The notes under the pieces are model-generated. The model was not told the origin of the DNA. It saw only the letters and a list, made by a program, of their open reading frames with translations, and searched no databases. From the sequence record SRR16203515_2173: DNA of 61,647 nt; one strand, written 5' to 3'. Made by a program: the position numbers and the translations under genes. This document shows positions 1 to 9,474 of the stretch, piece after piece; position 1 is the first letter of the stretch; every line of letters starts with the position of its first letter.

Positions 1-2184
1 ATCCAAAAGAAATCCGTAGAAATTCATAGTGCGGGCTGGCAGTCCGATGGGGTTTTGCCAATCGGTGGTTTCTATAAATCACGTAAAACTGGTGAAACCC
101 ATGCGTGGGAAGCGCAGACAATGCACATGATGCAGGCGGCGTGTAACCGTGCGAGCTATGATCTGTGGAAACAATATAGTCAGCGTATGCAAGCCAATCC
201 GCCCATCCACTTGCGCGATCTATTGGCCATCAAACCAATCGGTGCGCCTGTACAGTTGGAAGAGGTGGAAAGCATCACATCCATCCGCAAACGGTTCGTA
301 ACACCGGGTATGTCATTGGGTGCCTTGTCACCCGAGGCGCACAAAACACTAAACGTTGCGATGAACCGCATCGGTGCGAAATCAGATAGTGGTGAGGGCG
401 GTGAAGATCCCGCACATTTCCACCCGGAACCAAATGGGGACAACCCATCGGCCAAAATTAAACAGGTTGCCTCTGGTCGTTTTGGTGTGACTGCCGAATA
501 CCTGAACCAGTGTGAAGAGCTTGAGATCAAGGTTGCGCAGGGTGCAAAACCCGGCGAAGGCGGTCAGTTGCCTGGAATGAAGGTGACAGATCTGATTGCG
601 CGTTTGCGTCATTCGACCAAGGGTGTGACATTGATTTCACCACCACCACACCACGACATCTATTCGATCGAGGATTTGGCGCAGTTGATCTATGACCTAA
701 AACAGATCAACCCACGCTGTAAGGTAACGGTGAAATTGGTTGCGGCCTCGGGCGTTGGGACCATCGCCGCAGGTGTGGCCAAGGCCGAAGCAGACGTCAT
801 TTTGATTTCTGGCCACAACGGTGGCACAGGTGCATCGCCTGCAACCTCGATCAAATTCGCGGGTTTGCCATGGGAAATGGGCCTGACAGAAGCGCACCAA
901 GTGCTTGCCATGAACAACCTACGCGATCGCGTCACGTTGCGGACTGATGGTGGTCTGCGCACAGGTCGTGATATCGTCATGGCTGCGATGATGGGTGCCG
1001 AGGAATATGGTATCGGTACTGCCGCGTTGATTGCGATGGGCTGTATCATGGTGCGTCAGTGTCAGTCGAACACATGCCCCGTTGGTGTGTGTACGCAGGA
1101 CGAAGCCCTGCGTGAAAAATTCACGGGCAATGCGGATAAAGTTGTCAATCTGATCACCTTCTACGCGCAAGAGGTTCGTGAAATTCTGGCCTCAATCGGC
1201 GCACGTTCATTGGATGACGTCATCGGTCGCGCGGATCTGTTGGGTCAGGTCAGCCGTGGTGCAGATCATTTGGACGATCTTGACCTGAACCCTCTGCTGA
1301 TCAAAGTAGATGGCTCTAACAGCATCAACTATGATCGTGATCGTCCACGCAACGCGGTTCCTGACACATTGGACGCTGAAATTGTTCGGGACGCTGCACG
1401 TTTCCTAAACGACGGTGAAAAGATGCAGCTGTCCTATGCAGTGCAAAACACGCACCGTACGGTCGGTACGCGCACTTCAAGCCATATTGTCCGCAACTTT
1501 GGCATGCGCAACAGCCTACAACCAGATCACCTAACGGTAAAACTGACAGGCTCGGCGGGTCAGGCGCTTGGTGCCTTTGCGGCACCTGGTCTAAAGATTG
1601 AAGTTTCGGGTGATGCGAACGACTATGTTGGTAAGGGTCTGTCAGGCGGTATCATTTCAGTCCGTCCACCGATGGTCAGCCCGTTGGTTGCAGCGGAAAA
1701 CACAATCATCGGAAATACGGTTCTATACGGTGCGACAGATGGTTATTTGTTTGCCGCAGGACGCGCAGGTGAACGTTTTGCCGTTCGTAACTCTGGTGCC
1801 AAAGTTGTCGTTGAAGGCTGTGGTTCAAACGGGTGTGAATATATGACAGGTGGCATCGCGGTCATCTTGGGCACAATCGGTGCGAACTTTGGTGCGGGTA
1901 TGACGGGCGGTATGGCCTATCTCTATGATCCTGAAAGTCAAGTGGATGACATGTTGAACATGGAATCGCTGGTCACAGGAGCTGTTGCCGTGCAGCATTG
2001 GGAGGATCAACTGCTGGGTCTGATACAACGCCATGTCGAAGAAACCAATTCAGCAAAAGGCGTGGAAATCCTGCGTAATTGGGATCTGGAAAAGGCGAAT
2101 TTTGTCCAAGTCTGTCCCAAAGAGATGTTGGATAAAATCCCCCATCCATTGACCCTGGAACAGGGTGCGGTTCCCGCAGAATAA
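1..2184 (+). CDS. gltB: Glutamate synthase large subunit (5'-partial)
   Basis: Frame open from base 1. FMN-domain motifs (MSLGALS, KSDSGEGGE, QVASGRFGV, AQGAKPGEGGQLPG), 3Fe-4S cysteines (CIMVRQCQSNTCP) and C-terminal GXGXG repeats. Confidence 0.98.
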   Translation: MQKKSVEIHSAGWQSDGVLPIGGFYKSRKTGETHAWEAQTMHMMQAACNRASYDLWKQYSQRMQANPPIHLRDLLAIKPIGAPVQLEEVESITSIRKRFVTPGMSLGALSPEAHKTLNVAMNRIGAKSDSGEGGEDPAHFHPEPNGDNPSAKIKQVASGRFGVTAEYLNQCEELEIKVAQGAKPGEGGQLPGMKVTDLIARLRHSTKGVTLISPPPHHDIYSIEDLAQLIYDLKQINPRCKVTVKLVAASGVGTIAAGVAKAEADVILISGHNGGTGASPATSIKFAGLPWEMGLTEAHQVLAMNNLRDRVTLRTDGGLRTGRDIVMAAMMGAEEYGIGTAALIAMGCIMVRQCQSNTCPVGVCTQDEALREKFTGNADKVVNLITFYAQEVREILASIGARSLDDVIGRADLLGQVSRGADHLDDLDLNPLLIKVDGSNSINYDRDRPRNAVPDTLDAEIVRDAARFLNDGEKMQLSYAVQNTHRTVGTRTSSHIVRNFGMRNSLQPDHLTVKLTGSAGQALGAFAAPGLKIEVSGDANDYVGKGLSGGIISVRPPMVSPLVAAENTIIGNTVLYGATDGYLFAAGRAGERFAVRNSGAKVVVEGCGSNGCEYMTGGIAVILGTIGANFGAGMTGGMAYLYDPESQVDDMLNMESLVTGAVAVQHWEDQLLGLIQRHVEETNSAKGVEILRNWDLEKANFVQVCPKEMLDKIPHPLTLEQGAVPAE

Positions 2185-2190
2185 AACGAA

Positions 2191-2217
2191 AAACGGCCGC
2201 ATCATGCGGCCGTTTCT
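2191..2217 (+). terminator. Intrinsic terminator after gltB
   Basis: Perfect stem AAACGGCCGCA-tca-TGCGGCCGTTT a few bases after the stop codon. Confidence 0.8.
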
Positions 2218-2500
2218 ATTGGGACTAATGACTTTGTATCAATCGGGTCATGATGTGGTCCTTTCTTTGGTTTATGCCATTCGTCATGACATCGCGTAAC
2301 TGGTTGCACCCTATCAGGGTGGTCATGGAACCAGGTTAACAAATCCAACGCTTAGTTTCACATTCTTGGGCGGAAAATTATCATAATTGGTAATTTTGAT
2401 GCAGCTACACTATTCGCTTATAGGTGAATTTTTCTTCACCTCTACCCTTGGTTCACTTCGCTGAACGCGGTAAGCTATCCAAAAAATGGAAATTCGAGGC

Positions 2501-3223
2501 ATGGCAAAAAAGGCGACTAAACGCGCACCAAAGAAAACGTCAAAAACAGGCTCTAATAGGGTGAATTGGCGCAAAATTATGCGCTGGATAGGTATTGTTG
2601 TTATGGCCTGTTTTATTGCGGTTTTCGTCGTTTTTCGCTTTGTCCCCATTCAAATGACCCCCTACATCCTGTCGGAAAAATCCCGACTTGGGTCTGTGCA
2701 TTTTGCATGGATGCCGATTGAGGAAATTTCAGACACGCTTAAGCTGACCGTTGTTGCGGCCGAGGATGTGAATTTCTGCCAACACTGGGGCTTTGACATG
2801 TCCGCCATTCGCGCCGCGATTCAGGATGGCGGGGATCGCGGCGCGTCGACCCTGACACAGCAGGTCGTCAAAAATACCTTCCTTTGGCACGGGCGCAGTT
2901 GGGTACGCAAAACACTTGAGGCTTTTTTGACGCCTTTGGTGGAATTGTTCTGGTCCAAAGAACGGATATTAGAAGTCTACCTGAATGTCGCAGAATTTGA
3001 CGAAGGCGTTTTCGGCGCCGAGGCCGCGTCCTTGCATTATTTTGGCATCTCCTCTGACAGTCTGACTTTGGCCGAGGCTGCGCGACTTGCCGCGATTTTG
3101 CCAGACCCCAAGGGGCGCTCTGCATCTGCGCCAACGCAATTCGTCTTGGATCGTGCAGACAATATTCAAGATGGTGCGGTTCTGATCCAAAAGGATCAAA
3201 GATCACACTGTTTCATGGATTGA
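2501..3223 (+). CDS. mtgA: Monofunctional peptidoglycan transglycosylase
   Basis: N-terminal TM segment and GT51 motifs AAEDVNFCQHWGFD, GASTLTQQVVKN, RKTLE, KERILEVYLN. Start is ATG 2501 or 2486. Confidence 0.95.
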   Translation: MAKKATKRAPKKTSKTGSNRVNWRKIMRWIGIVVMACFIAVFVVFRFVPIQMTPYILSEKSRLGSVHFAWMPIEEISDTLKLTVVAAEDVNFCQHWGFDMSAIRAAIQDGGDRGASTLTQQVVKNTFLWHGRSWVRKTLEAFLTPLVELFWSKERILEVYLNVAEFDEGVFGAEAASLHYFGISSDSLTLAEAARLAAILPDPKGRSASAPTQFVLDRADNIQDGAVLIQKDQRSHCFMD

Positions 3224-3281
3224 TCCCTGCGTCGGAATTGTGCCATTCATATACTGATTTTGAATTGAAAGTTGCCCCACG

Positions 3282-3947
3282 ATGTTGCGCCTTTATCATG
3301 TTCCATTGTCCCCCTTTTGCCGCAAGGTTCGGTTGGTTTTGGCTGAAAAAAAGATGGATGTTGAACTTATTGAGGAACGTTATTGGGAACAATCAACGGA
3401 ATTTCTGCGCCGTAACCCCGCGGGCAAGGTTCCCATCCTGCGACATGAGCGGGCGCTGCTGACCGAAAGCACGCCGATCTGCGAGTATATAGAAGAGTTG
3501 AACCCCGAACCTTCCTTGATCCCCAAGGACGCCAAGGCGTGGTATGAAATGCGCCGATTGGTTTCGTGGTTTGATGATAAATTTCATCACGAGGTGACGT
3601 CAAACCTGCTTTACGAACGGGTGAACAAAAAGGTGTCGGGACAGGGATTTCCAGACAGCAAAAATATCAAAGAGGGTGCGCGCAAAATAAAATACCATTT
3701 GGATTATATGGCGTGGCTGTTGGAACATCGTCGTTGGTTGGCGGGTGATACAATGACACTGGCCGATTTTGCGGCCGCTGCGCATTTGTCCAGTTTGGAT
3801 TATATTTCAGATGTGGATTGGAACAGATCATCTGTTGTAAAAGATTGGTATGCAAAAATTAAATCGCGCCCTGCGTTTCGCAATATTTTGTCCGATCAGG
3901 TGTCTGGGTTCCCACCGCCCCGTCATTACAATGATTTGGATTTCTGA
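3282..3947 (+). CDS. fzlA: FtsZ-binding GST-family protein
   Basis: LYHVPLSPFCRKVRLVLAEK, NPAGKVP, C-terminal HYNDLDF. Sits in the typical mtgA-fzlA-queG order. Confidence 0.88.
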   Translation: MLRLYHVPLSPFCRKVRLVLAEKKMDVELIEERYWEQSTEFLRRNPAGKVPILRHERALLTESTPICEYIEELNPEPSLIPKDAKAWYEMRRLVSWFDDKFHHEVTSNLLYERVNKKVSGQGFPDSKNIKEGARKIKYHLDYMAWLLEHRRWLAGDTMTLADFAAAAHLSSLDYISDVDWNRSSVVKDWYAKIKSRPAFRNILSDQVSGFPPPRHYNDLDF

Positions 3948-3973
3948 TGTGTGCATGGGTTTAGGGGGGCACC

Positions 3974-5011
3974 GTGTCCCTTAAACAGGCGATCATTGAT
4001 CAGGCGCAGGCCGAGGGATTTTCGCTCTGCCGTTTTACCGATCCAGACAGCATTCCGCATGTCCCAGACAAGCTCTCAGACTTCATTGACGCAGGATATC
4101 ATGGACAAATGTCATGGATGGCAGATCGCCAAACATGGCGGACAAATCCGCGTGCGCTTTGGCCCGATGCGCAAACAATTATCATGTTGGGCGAAAGCTA
4201 TGCACCAGAACATGATCCCACGGACATCCTGAAACATCCCGAAAAAGGGGCTATTTCCGTTTATGCACAAAACAGGGATTATCATGACCTTGTGAAAAAA
4301 CGCCTGAAACGATTGGCGCGCTGGTTGATTGCGCATTCGGGTGGCGAGGTGAAAGTGTTTGTTGATACGGCCCCTGTTTCGGAAAAACCACTGGGACAGG
4401 CCGCAGGTTTGGGGTGGCAAGGCAAACATACGAATTTGGTCAGCCGCGATTTGGGAAACTGGTTCTTTATCGGCTCGGTGTTCACGACATTATGCATTGA
4501 GCCGGATGTGGCAGAGGTGGATCATTGCGGATCCTGCCGATCCTGCATCACCGCCTGCCCAACAGATGCCTTTCCCGCGCCATATAGGTTGGATGCGCGT
4601 CGTTGTATTTCCTATTTAACCATCGAACATTCAGGCCCCGTTGACGTGGATTTGCGGGGGTTAATGGGAAACCGCATTTATGGATGCGATGATTGTTTGG
4701 CCGCCTGCCCGTGGAATAAATTCGCCAAAGAGGCCAGCGACATCCGCTATCACGCGCGTTCGGATTTGATGGCCCCAAATCTTGGCGAATTGGCGATGTT
4801 GGACGATGCGGCATTTCGTGCAAAATTTTCGGGCAGCCCGATCAAACGCATTGGCCGCAATCGGTTCGTGCGCAATGTCCTTTATGCGATTGGCAATTCA
4901 CAGCGGCCCGATTTACTTTCAGTTGCGCATGATTTGGTCGACGATCCTGATCCCACTGTTTCTGATGCTGCCAGTTGGGCGGTTCAGCAATTGTCGCAAA
5001 TGGCGCGCTAA
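3974..5011 (+). CDS. queG: Epoxyqueuosine reductase
   Basis: [24 protein letters not shown] and two Fe-S motifs ([16 protein letters not shown]...[12 protein letters not shown]). Confidence 0.96.
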   Translation: MSLKQAIIDQAQAEGFSLCRFTDPDSIPHVPDKLSDFIDAGYHGQMSWMADRQTWRTNPRALWPDAQTIIMLGESYAPEHDPTDILKHPEKGAISVYAQNRDYHDLVKKRLKRLARWLIAHSGGEVKVFVDTAPVSEKPLGQAAGLGWQGKHTNLVSRDLGNWFFIGSVFTTLCIEPDVAEVDHCGSCRSCITACPTDAFPAPYRLDARRCISYLTIEHSGPVDVDLRGLMGNRIYGCDDCLAACPWNKFAKEASDIRYHARSDLMAPNLGELAMLDDAAFRAKFSGSPIKRIGRNRFVRNVLYAIGNSQRPDLLSVAHDLVDDPDPTVSDAASWAVQQLSQMAR

Positions 5012-5077
5012 AGATGCCGCAAATAGACAGACGTTTTTGGTTTGCCGCGCTATCTCAGCGGAAATGAAGGAGCAGGC

Positions 5078-7078
5078 ATGACATACCTTTTGGGCATAGA
5101 TACGGGCGGCACATATACCGATGCGGTGATCCTGCGTGACGAAGAGGATGTGATCGCCTCGGCAAAGTCGTTAACGACCCGCCATGATCTGGCCGAAGGC
5201 ATTGGCAAGGCTGCGGCCGCAACTCTTCAGTCTGCTGGCATCGATGCGGGCGAAATTGCGATGGCCTCCCTCTCGACCACTCTGGCGACCAATGCCTTGG
5301 TCGAGGGGCAGGGGGGTCGTGTTGGCCTGATCTTTATCGGGTTCCGCGCGGGCGATTTGGACAAACATGGCCTAACCCAAGCATTGGCGGGCGATCCTGT
5401 TTTGTCCATCGCAGGGGGCCACAACCATGCAGGGGGTGAGGCGGTCCCGCTTGATCTAGCTGCGATTGAGGAATGGGTCGAACAGCAAAGCGGTATTTCG
5501 GCCTTTGCAGTCGCATCGCAATTTGCAACACGCAACCCTACACATGAATTGGCGGTTTTGAAATTACTGCGCGAAAAAACGGGTAAACCTGTTAGCCTAT
5601 CACATCAACTATCAGCCAAATTGAATGGTCCGCGCCGTGCGCTGACCGCCTTGTTGAATGCACGCTTGATCGGGCTGATCGACCGTCTGCTGCAGCGCGC
5701 GCGATCTGTGCTCTTCGATTTGGGTGTGAACGCGCCGCTTATGGTGGTGCGTGGCGATGGTGCGTTGATTTCACTGGATCAGGCGCGCGAAAAGCCAATT
5801 GAAACGATCCTAAGCGGCCCTGCGGCCTCAATTGTTGGGGCGCGTTGGCTGACCAATTCTGACAATGCACTGGTTTCGGATATTGGCGGAACCACGACTG
5901 ACATTGCTGTTTTGCGCGATGGACTGCCTGCCATTGATCCAGAAGGCGCCAAGGTGGGCCCATACCGCACTATGGTCGAGGCTGTTGCTATGAACACCTT
6001 TGGTTTGGGTGGGGATAGTGAGGTTCATTTTGTCTCTCAGGGTTTGCAGGGCGGCGTCACATTGGGCCCACGTCGTGTGTTGCCAGTATCCCTTGCCGCA
6101 ACGATTGACCCTGACATCGTTCATGTGGCCTTGGACGCACAGTTGCGCGGCTCGCTGCCTGGTGATTATGATGCCCGTTTTGTACGCCGCATTGATGTCT
6201 TTGAAGCGGGTGGATTAAGCGCGCGCGACGAGGGTGTCTATAACCGCATCACCGCGCAATTTCAGCCGATCAGCGATGTGTTAAAAACTCGGATCGAGGC
6301 ACAGGCGCTGATGCGGTTGGTATCTCGGGGGTTGGTTCAGATTTCTGCGCTAACCCCATCTGACGCGTCGCATGCATTGGGGCGTGTTGATATTTGGGAC
6401 ACAGATGCAGCTATCAAAGCACTGTCGCTGTTCATGCGGCGCAGAACAGGGTCGGGTGAATTATTGTCGGATGATACAGATCACATGGCGCAGATTGTGA
6501 TTGATCAGTTGACGCATCAAACCTGTTTGGCCGTTTTGGAAACCGCCTTTGCAGAGGATGCGTTTGATTTTGAAATGGCCCCTGATGAATTGGCCAAACA
6601 TATTATGACAACGCGCGGGTTGGCGGGGCACCGCGGATTGTTACGAATTGATTTGGGGATTGATGTGTCCGTTGTGGGGCTTGGCGCCTCGGCGCCCAGT
6701 TATTATCCAGCGGTCGGTGAGAAATTGGGATGCCCGATGGTGTTATCGGAACATGCAGGTGTCGCAAATGCAATCGGTGCCGTGGTCGGCCGCGTCACAT
6801 TTCGCAAATCTGCCACGATAACCAGTCCGTCTGAGGGGCTTTATCGGGTGCATTATGGGGACCACCCCCATGATTTTGCCGAAAGCCATGCGGCCTTATC
6901 CTTTATCAAGGATGCGCTCTATGCAGCTGCGCTAACAGATGCGCAGGATGCAGGTGCCGAACAAATAGAAGTGATATTGGATCAAGACATCAAAATGGCC
7001 GAAATCGAAAGCCGTCAAGTTTTTGTCGAGGCACTCGTGACGGCCACCGCAAAGGGTCGTCCGCGCGTTGCGCATTAG
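5078..7078 (+). CDS. Hydantoinase/oxoprolinase family protein (HyuA-like ATP-binding subunit)
   Basis: GIDTGGTYTD, STTLATNALVEG, TILSGPAAS, SDIGGTTTD, GLGGDS, ANAIGA. Ribosome-binding site (RBS) AAGGAG precedes ATG 5078. Confidence 0.9.
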   Translation: MTYLLGIDTGGTYTDAVILRDEEDVIASAKSLTTRHDLAEGIGKAAAATLQSAGIDAGEIAMASLSTTLATNALVEGQGGRVGLIFIGFRAGDLDKHGLTQALAGDPVLSIAGGHNHAGGEAVPLDLAAIEEWVEQQSGISAFAVASQFATRNPTHELAVLKLLREKTGKPVSLSHQLSAKLNGPRRALTALLNARLIGLIDRLLQRARSVLFDLGVNAPLMVVRGDGALISLDQAREKPIETILSGPAASIVGARWLTNSDNALVSDIGGTTTDIAVLRDGLPAIDPEGAKVGPYRTMVEAVAMNTFGLGGDSEVHFVSQGLQGGVTLGPRRVLPVSLAATIDPDIVHVALDAQLRGSLPGDYDARFVRRIDVFEAGGLSARDEGVYNRITAQFQPISDVLKTRIEAQALMRLVSRGLVQISALTPSDASHALGRVDIWDTDAAIKALSLFMRRRTGSGELLSDDTDHMAQIVIDQLTHQTCLAVLETAFAEDAFDFEMAPDELAKHIMTTRGLAGHRGLLRIDLGIDVSVVGLGASAPSYYPAVGEKLGCPMVLSEHAGVANAIGAVVGRVTFRKSATITSPSEGLYRVHYGDHPHDFAESHAALSFIKDALYAAALTDAQDAGAEQIEVILDQDIKMAEIESRQVFVEALVTATAKGRPRVAH

Positions 7079-7418
7079 CCTGACTTGGCGCAGTTCTTGC
7101 TGGTGTTGGCCACAGGAGGCTGATATGGAAGCTACCTGACGCAGCTGCCGCGGCATTACTAATATATGCATTATATCCAAAGATAAAAAATGCTGCCGTC
7201 GCATTGGGTTACAACCTAGACGCCCCTGATACGTTGGCCAAGGTTACGGTGTCTGTATAAATGGGCGCGATTTGTGAAAATAAAGTATGCGATATGCCAT
7301 TATCTGTTGCACTGCTGAACGAATGCAGTGTCATATGGAACCAAACAAACGGCCAAGTGGGGTTTCATACGCAATTTGGACCGAATAAGATTGGCACAAT
7401 GTGCCCTGAGGTATCAGT

Positions 7419-8318
7419 ATGACGGCAGTCGGTTTGGATTTGGGTGGGTCCAAGATTGAAGCGCAAATTTTTGACGCGGATTGGGCGTTAACGGAAAATC
7501 GCCGTGTTGATACGCCACAGACCTATCATGCGCTATTGAATGCGATTGGCGATCTGGTTGCGTGGTCCAAAGCGGATCAGGCCAATGTCCCGATTGGAAT
7601 TGGTGCGGCAGGGGTGTTGTCGGCGGATGGGCGCGCGCTGACTGCGAATTTACCTGCAACAAATCATAGGATTGTGCATGATATTCACGCGCAAATTGAT
7701 GGCGACATTGTCTATGTAAACGATGGACGCGCTTTTGCCCTGTCTGAGGCTGTGTTTGGCGCGGGATGCGGGCATGATATGACGCTTGGGTTAATCCTTG
7801 GCACGGGCGTTGGTGCGGGGATGACATGGCGTGGTAAGCTGATTGGAGAGGCGCATTCAATTGCAGGCGAAATTGGGCATGTCGCAGCCCCATTTTCAGT
7901 ATGCAGAGACCTCCCAGTCATTGAATGTGGATGTGGTCGTACCGCCTGTTATGAGGCCTACGCCTCGGGTCCAGGACTGTCACGATTGGCGCTGCACTAT
8001 TCGGGTGAAATGCTATCGCCTATGGACATTGCCGATCAAAAATCGAAAAAACCATCAGTACAGATGGCGTGGGAAAAATGGTGCGAAATCGTTGCTGAAA
8101 TGATCATCACCTCGTCATTTCACATTGCCCCCGACGTTGTCGTTTTGGGGGGTGGTTTATCAAAAATTGCTGGCGTTATTGATGATCTGGCGATCGCCGT
8201 TGATAAACGCGCATTGACGAATGTGAAGCGTCCCAAAATTGTTTTGGCCGAAGCCGGAGATGCAAGCGGTGCGCGTGGCGCGGCCTATGCCGCCTATTTG
8301 AAAGGTCAGGTTGGATGA
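7419..8318 (+). CDS. ROK-family sugar kinase, probable N-acetylglucosamine kinase
   Basis: GLDLGGSKIE, VNDG, LGTGVGAG, Zn motif GEIGH...CGCG..ACYE. Overlaps nagA by 4 nt. Confidence 0.85.
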   Translation: MTAVGLDLGGSKIEAQIFDADWALTENRRVDTPQTYHALLNAIGDLVAWSKADQANVPIGIGAAGVLSADGRALTANLPATNHRIVHDIHAQIDGDIVYVNDGRAFALSEAVFGAGCGHDMTLGLILGTGVGAGMTWRGKLIGEAHSIAGEIGHVAAPFSVCRDLPVIECGCGRTACYEAYASGPGLSRLALHYSGEMLSPMDIADQKSKKPSVQMAWEKWCEIVAEMIITSSFHIAPDVVVLGGGLSKIAGVIDDLAIAVDKRALTNVKRPKIVLAEAGDASGARGAAYAAYLKGQVG

Positions 8319-9469
8319 CAACAGGCACATACATAATCCCAACCGCAATCTATGTAGAAAAGGTGTTGGATACGTCACATGCTGTCCATGTCATGGATGA
8401 TCGTGCGCATTTGGTCCCGCGCGGCACTGTGCCCAGTAATGCACGGGTGATTAAGATCGACGGCATCGTTGCACCTGGGTTTCTTGATCTGCAGGTGAAT
8501 GGTGGCGGCGGGGTCCTGTTCAATGATGACCCATCGCCACAGGCAATCGACCATATCCGTGATACACAGGCCCAATATGGAACGATTGGAATTCTGCCGA
8601 CCGTCATCACGGACGCCCCAGATGTGATAGATAGGGCGGCGGACGCCGTCATTGCACATGGTCAAACGGATCATGTTCTAGGGCTTCATATTGAGGGGCC
8701 GCATATTTCGCAGGGACGCAGGGGAACGCATTCTTCGGAATTAATACGGCCCTTTGACGAACGCACCTTTGCAACATTGTGTCGTTTGCGCGATGCAAAT
8801 ATCACCACTAAATTAACGCTTGCCCCCGAGGTGGTGGATCCCGAAACCGTTCATCGCATCGCAAAATTAGGTGTCATTGTTTCAATCGGACATACTGTTG
8901 CCAGCAATGCGCAAACATGGGCGGTAATTGATGCGGGCGCCAGTTGCGCGACACATTTGATGAACGCGATGCCGCCGTTGATCAATCGTGATCCAGGCCC
9001 TGTTGTTGCGATTATGAATGCAGGTCTTGCCTGTGGTATCATCTGCGATGGGATCCACGTTCAGGATGAAATGATCAAACTTGCGCTTCGTGCACATGCG
9101 CATCCAGAGCGCATTTTCTTGGTTTCAGATTCGATGCCAACGATCGGTGGGCCAGACCAGTTTGATCTTTATGATATGACCGTGCGTTTGACAGAGGGCC
9201 AGTTGATCAATTCAGAAGGATCCTTGGCAGGTGCGCATATTACACAGGCAGAGGGGGTTGCCCGACTGGTCAATGCCATTGGTCTGAACCTTGTGGATGC
9301 CCTGCATATGGCGATTGATGCGCCTGCCAACATGATTGGGCGATCAGATTTGGCAAGCGTCGATGGACGTGCGATAAGCGATTTGGTGATGTTGTCGAAT
9401 TGTGCGCAGCAAACAACGATGTTGCACGCTATCCTTGAAAAAGAATGCGCCGGCGAACCGGCCCAGTGA
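8315..9469 (+). CDS. nagA: N-acetylglucosamine-6-phosphate deacetylase
   Basis: PGFLDLQVNGGGG, LHIEGP, GHT, THLMNAM, DGIHV, VSDSM, LAGA. Confidence 0.93.
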   Translation: MTTGTYIIPTAIYVEKVLDTSHAVHVMDDRAHLVPRGTVPSNARVIKIDGIVAPGFLDLQVNGGGGVLFNDDPSPQAIDHIRDTQAQYGTIGILPTVITDAPDVIDRAADAVIAHGQTDHVLGLHIEGPHISQGRRGTHSSELIRPFDERTFATLCRLRDANITTKLTLAPEVVDPETVHRIAKLGVIVSIGHTVASNAQTWAVIDAGASCATHLMNAMPPLINRDPGPVVAIMNAGLACGIICDGIHVQDEMIKLALRAHAHPERIFLVSDSMPTIGGPDQFDLYDMTVRLTEGQLINSEGSLAGAHITQAEGVARLVNAIGLNLVDALHMAIDAPANMIGRSDLASVDGRAISDLVMLSNCAQQTTMLHAILEKECAGEPAQ

Positions 9470-9474
9470 TTCAA

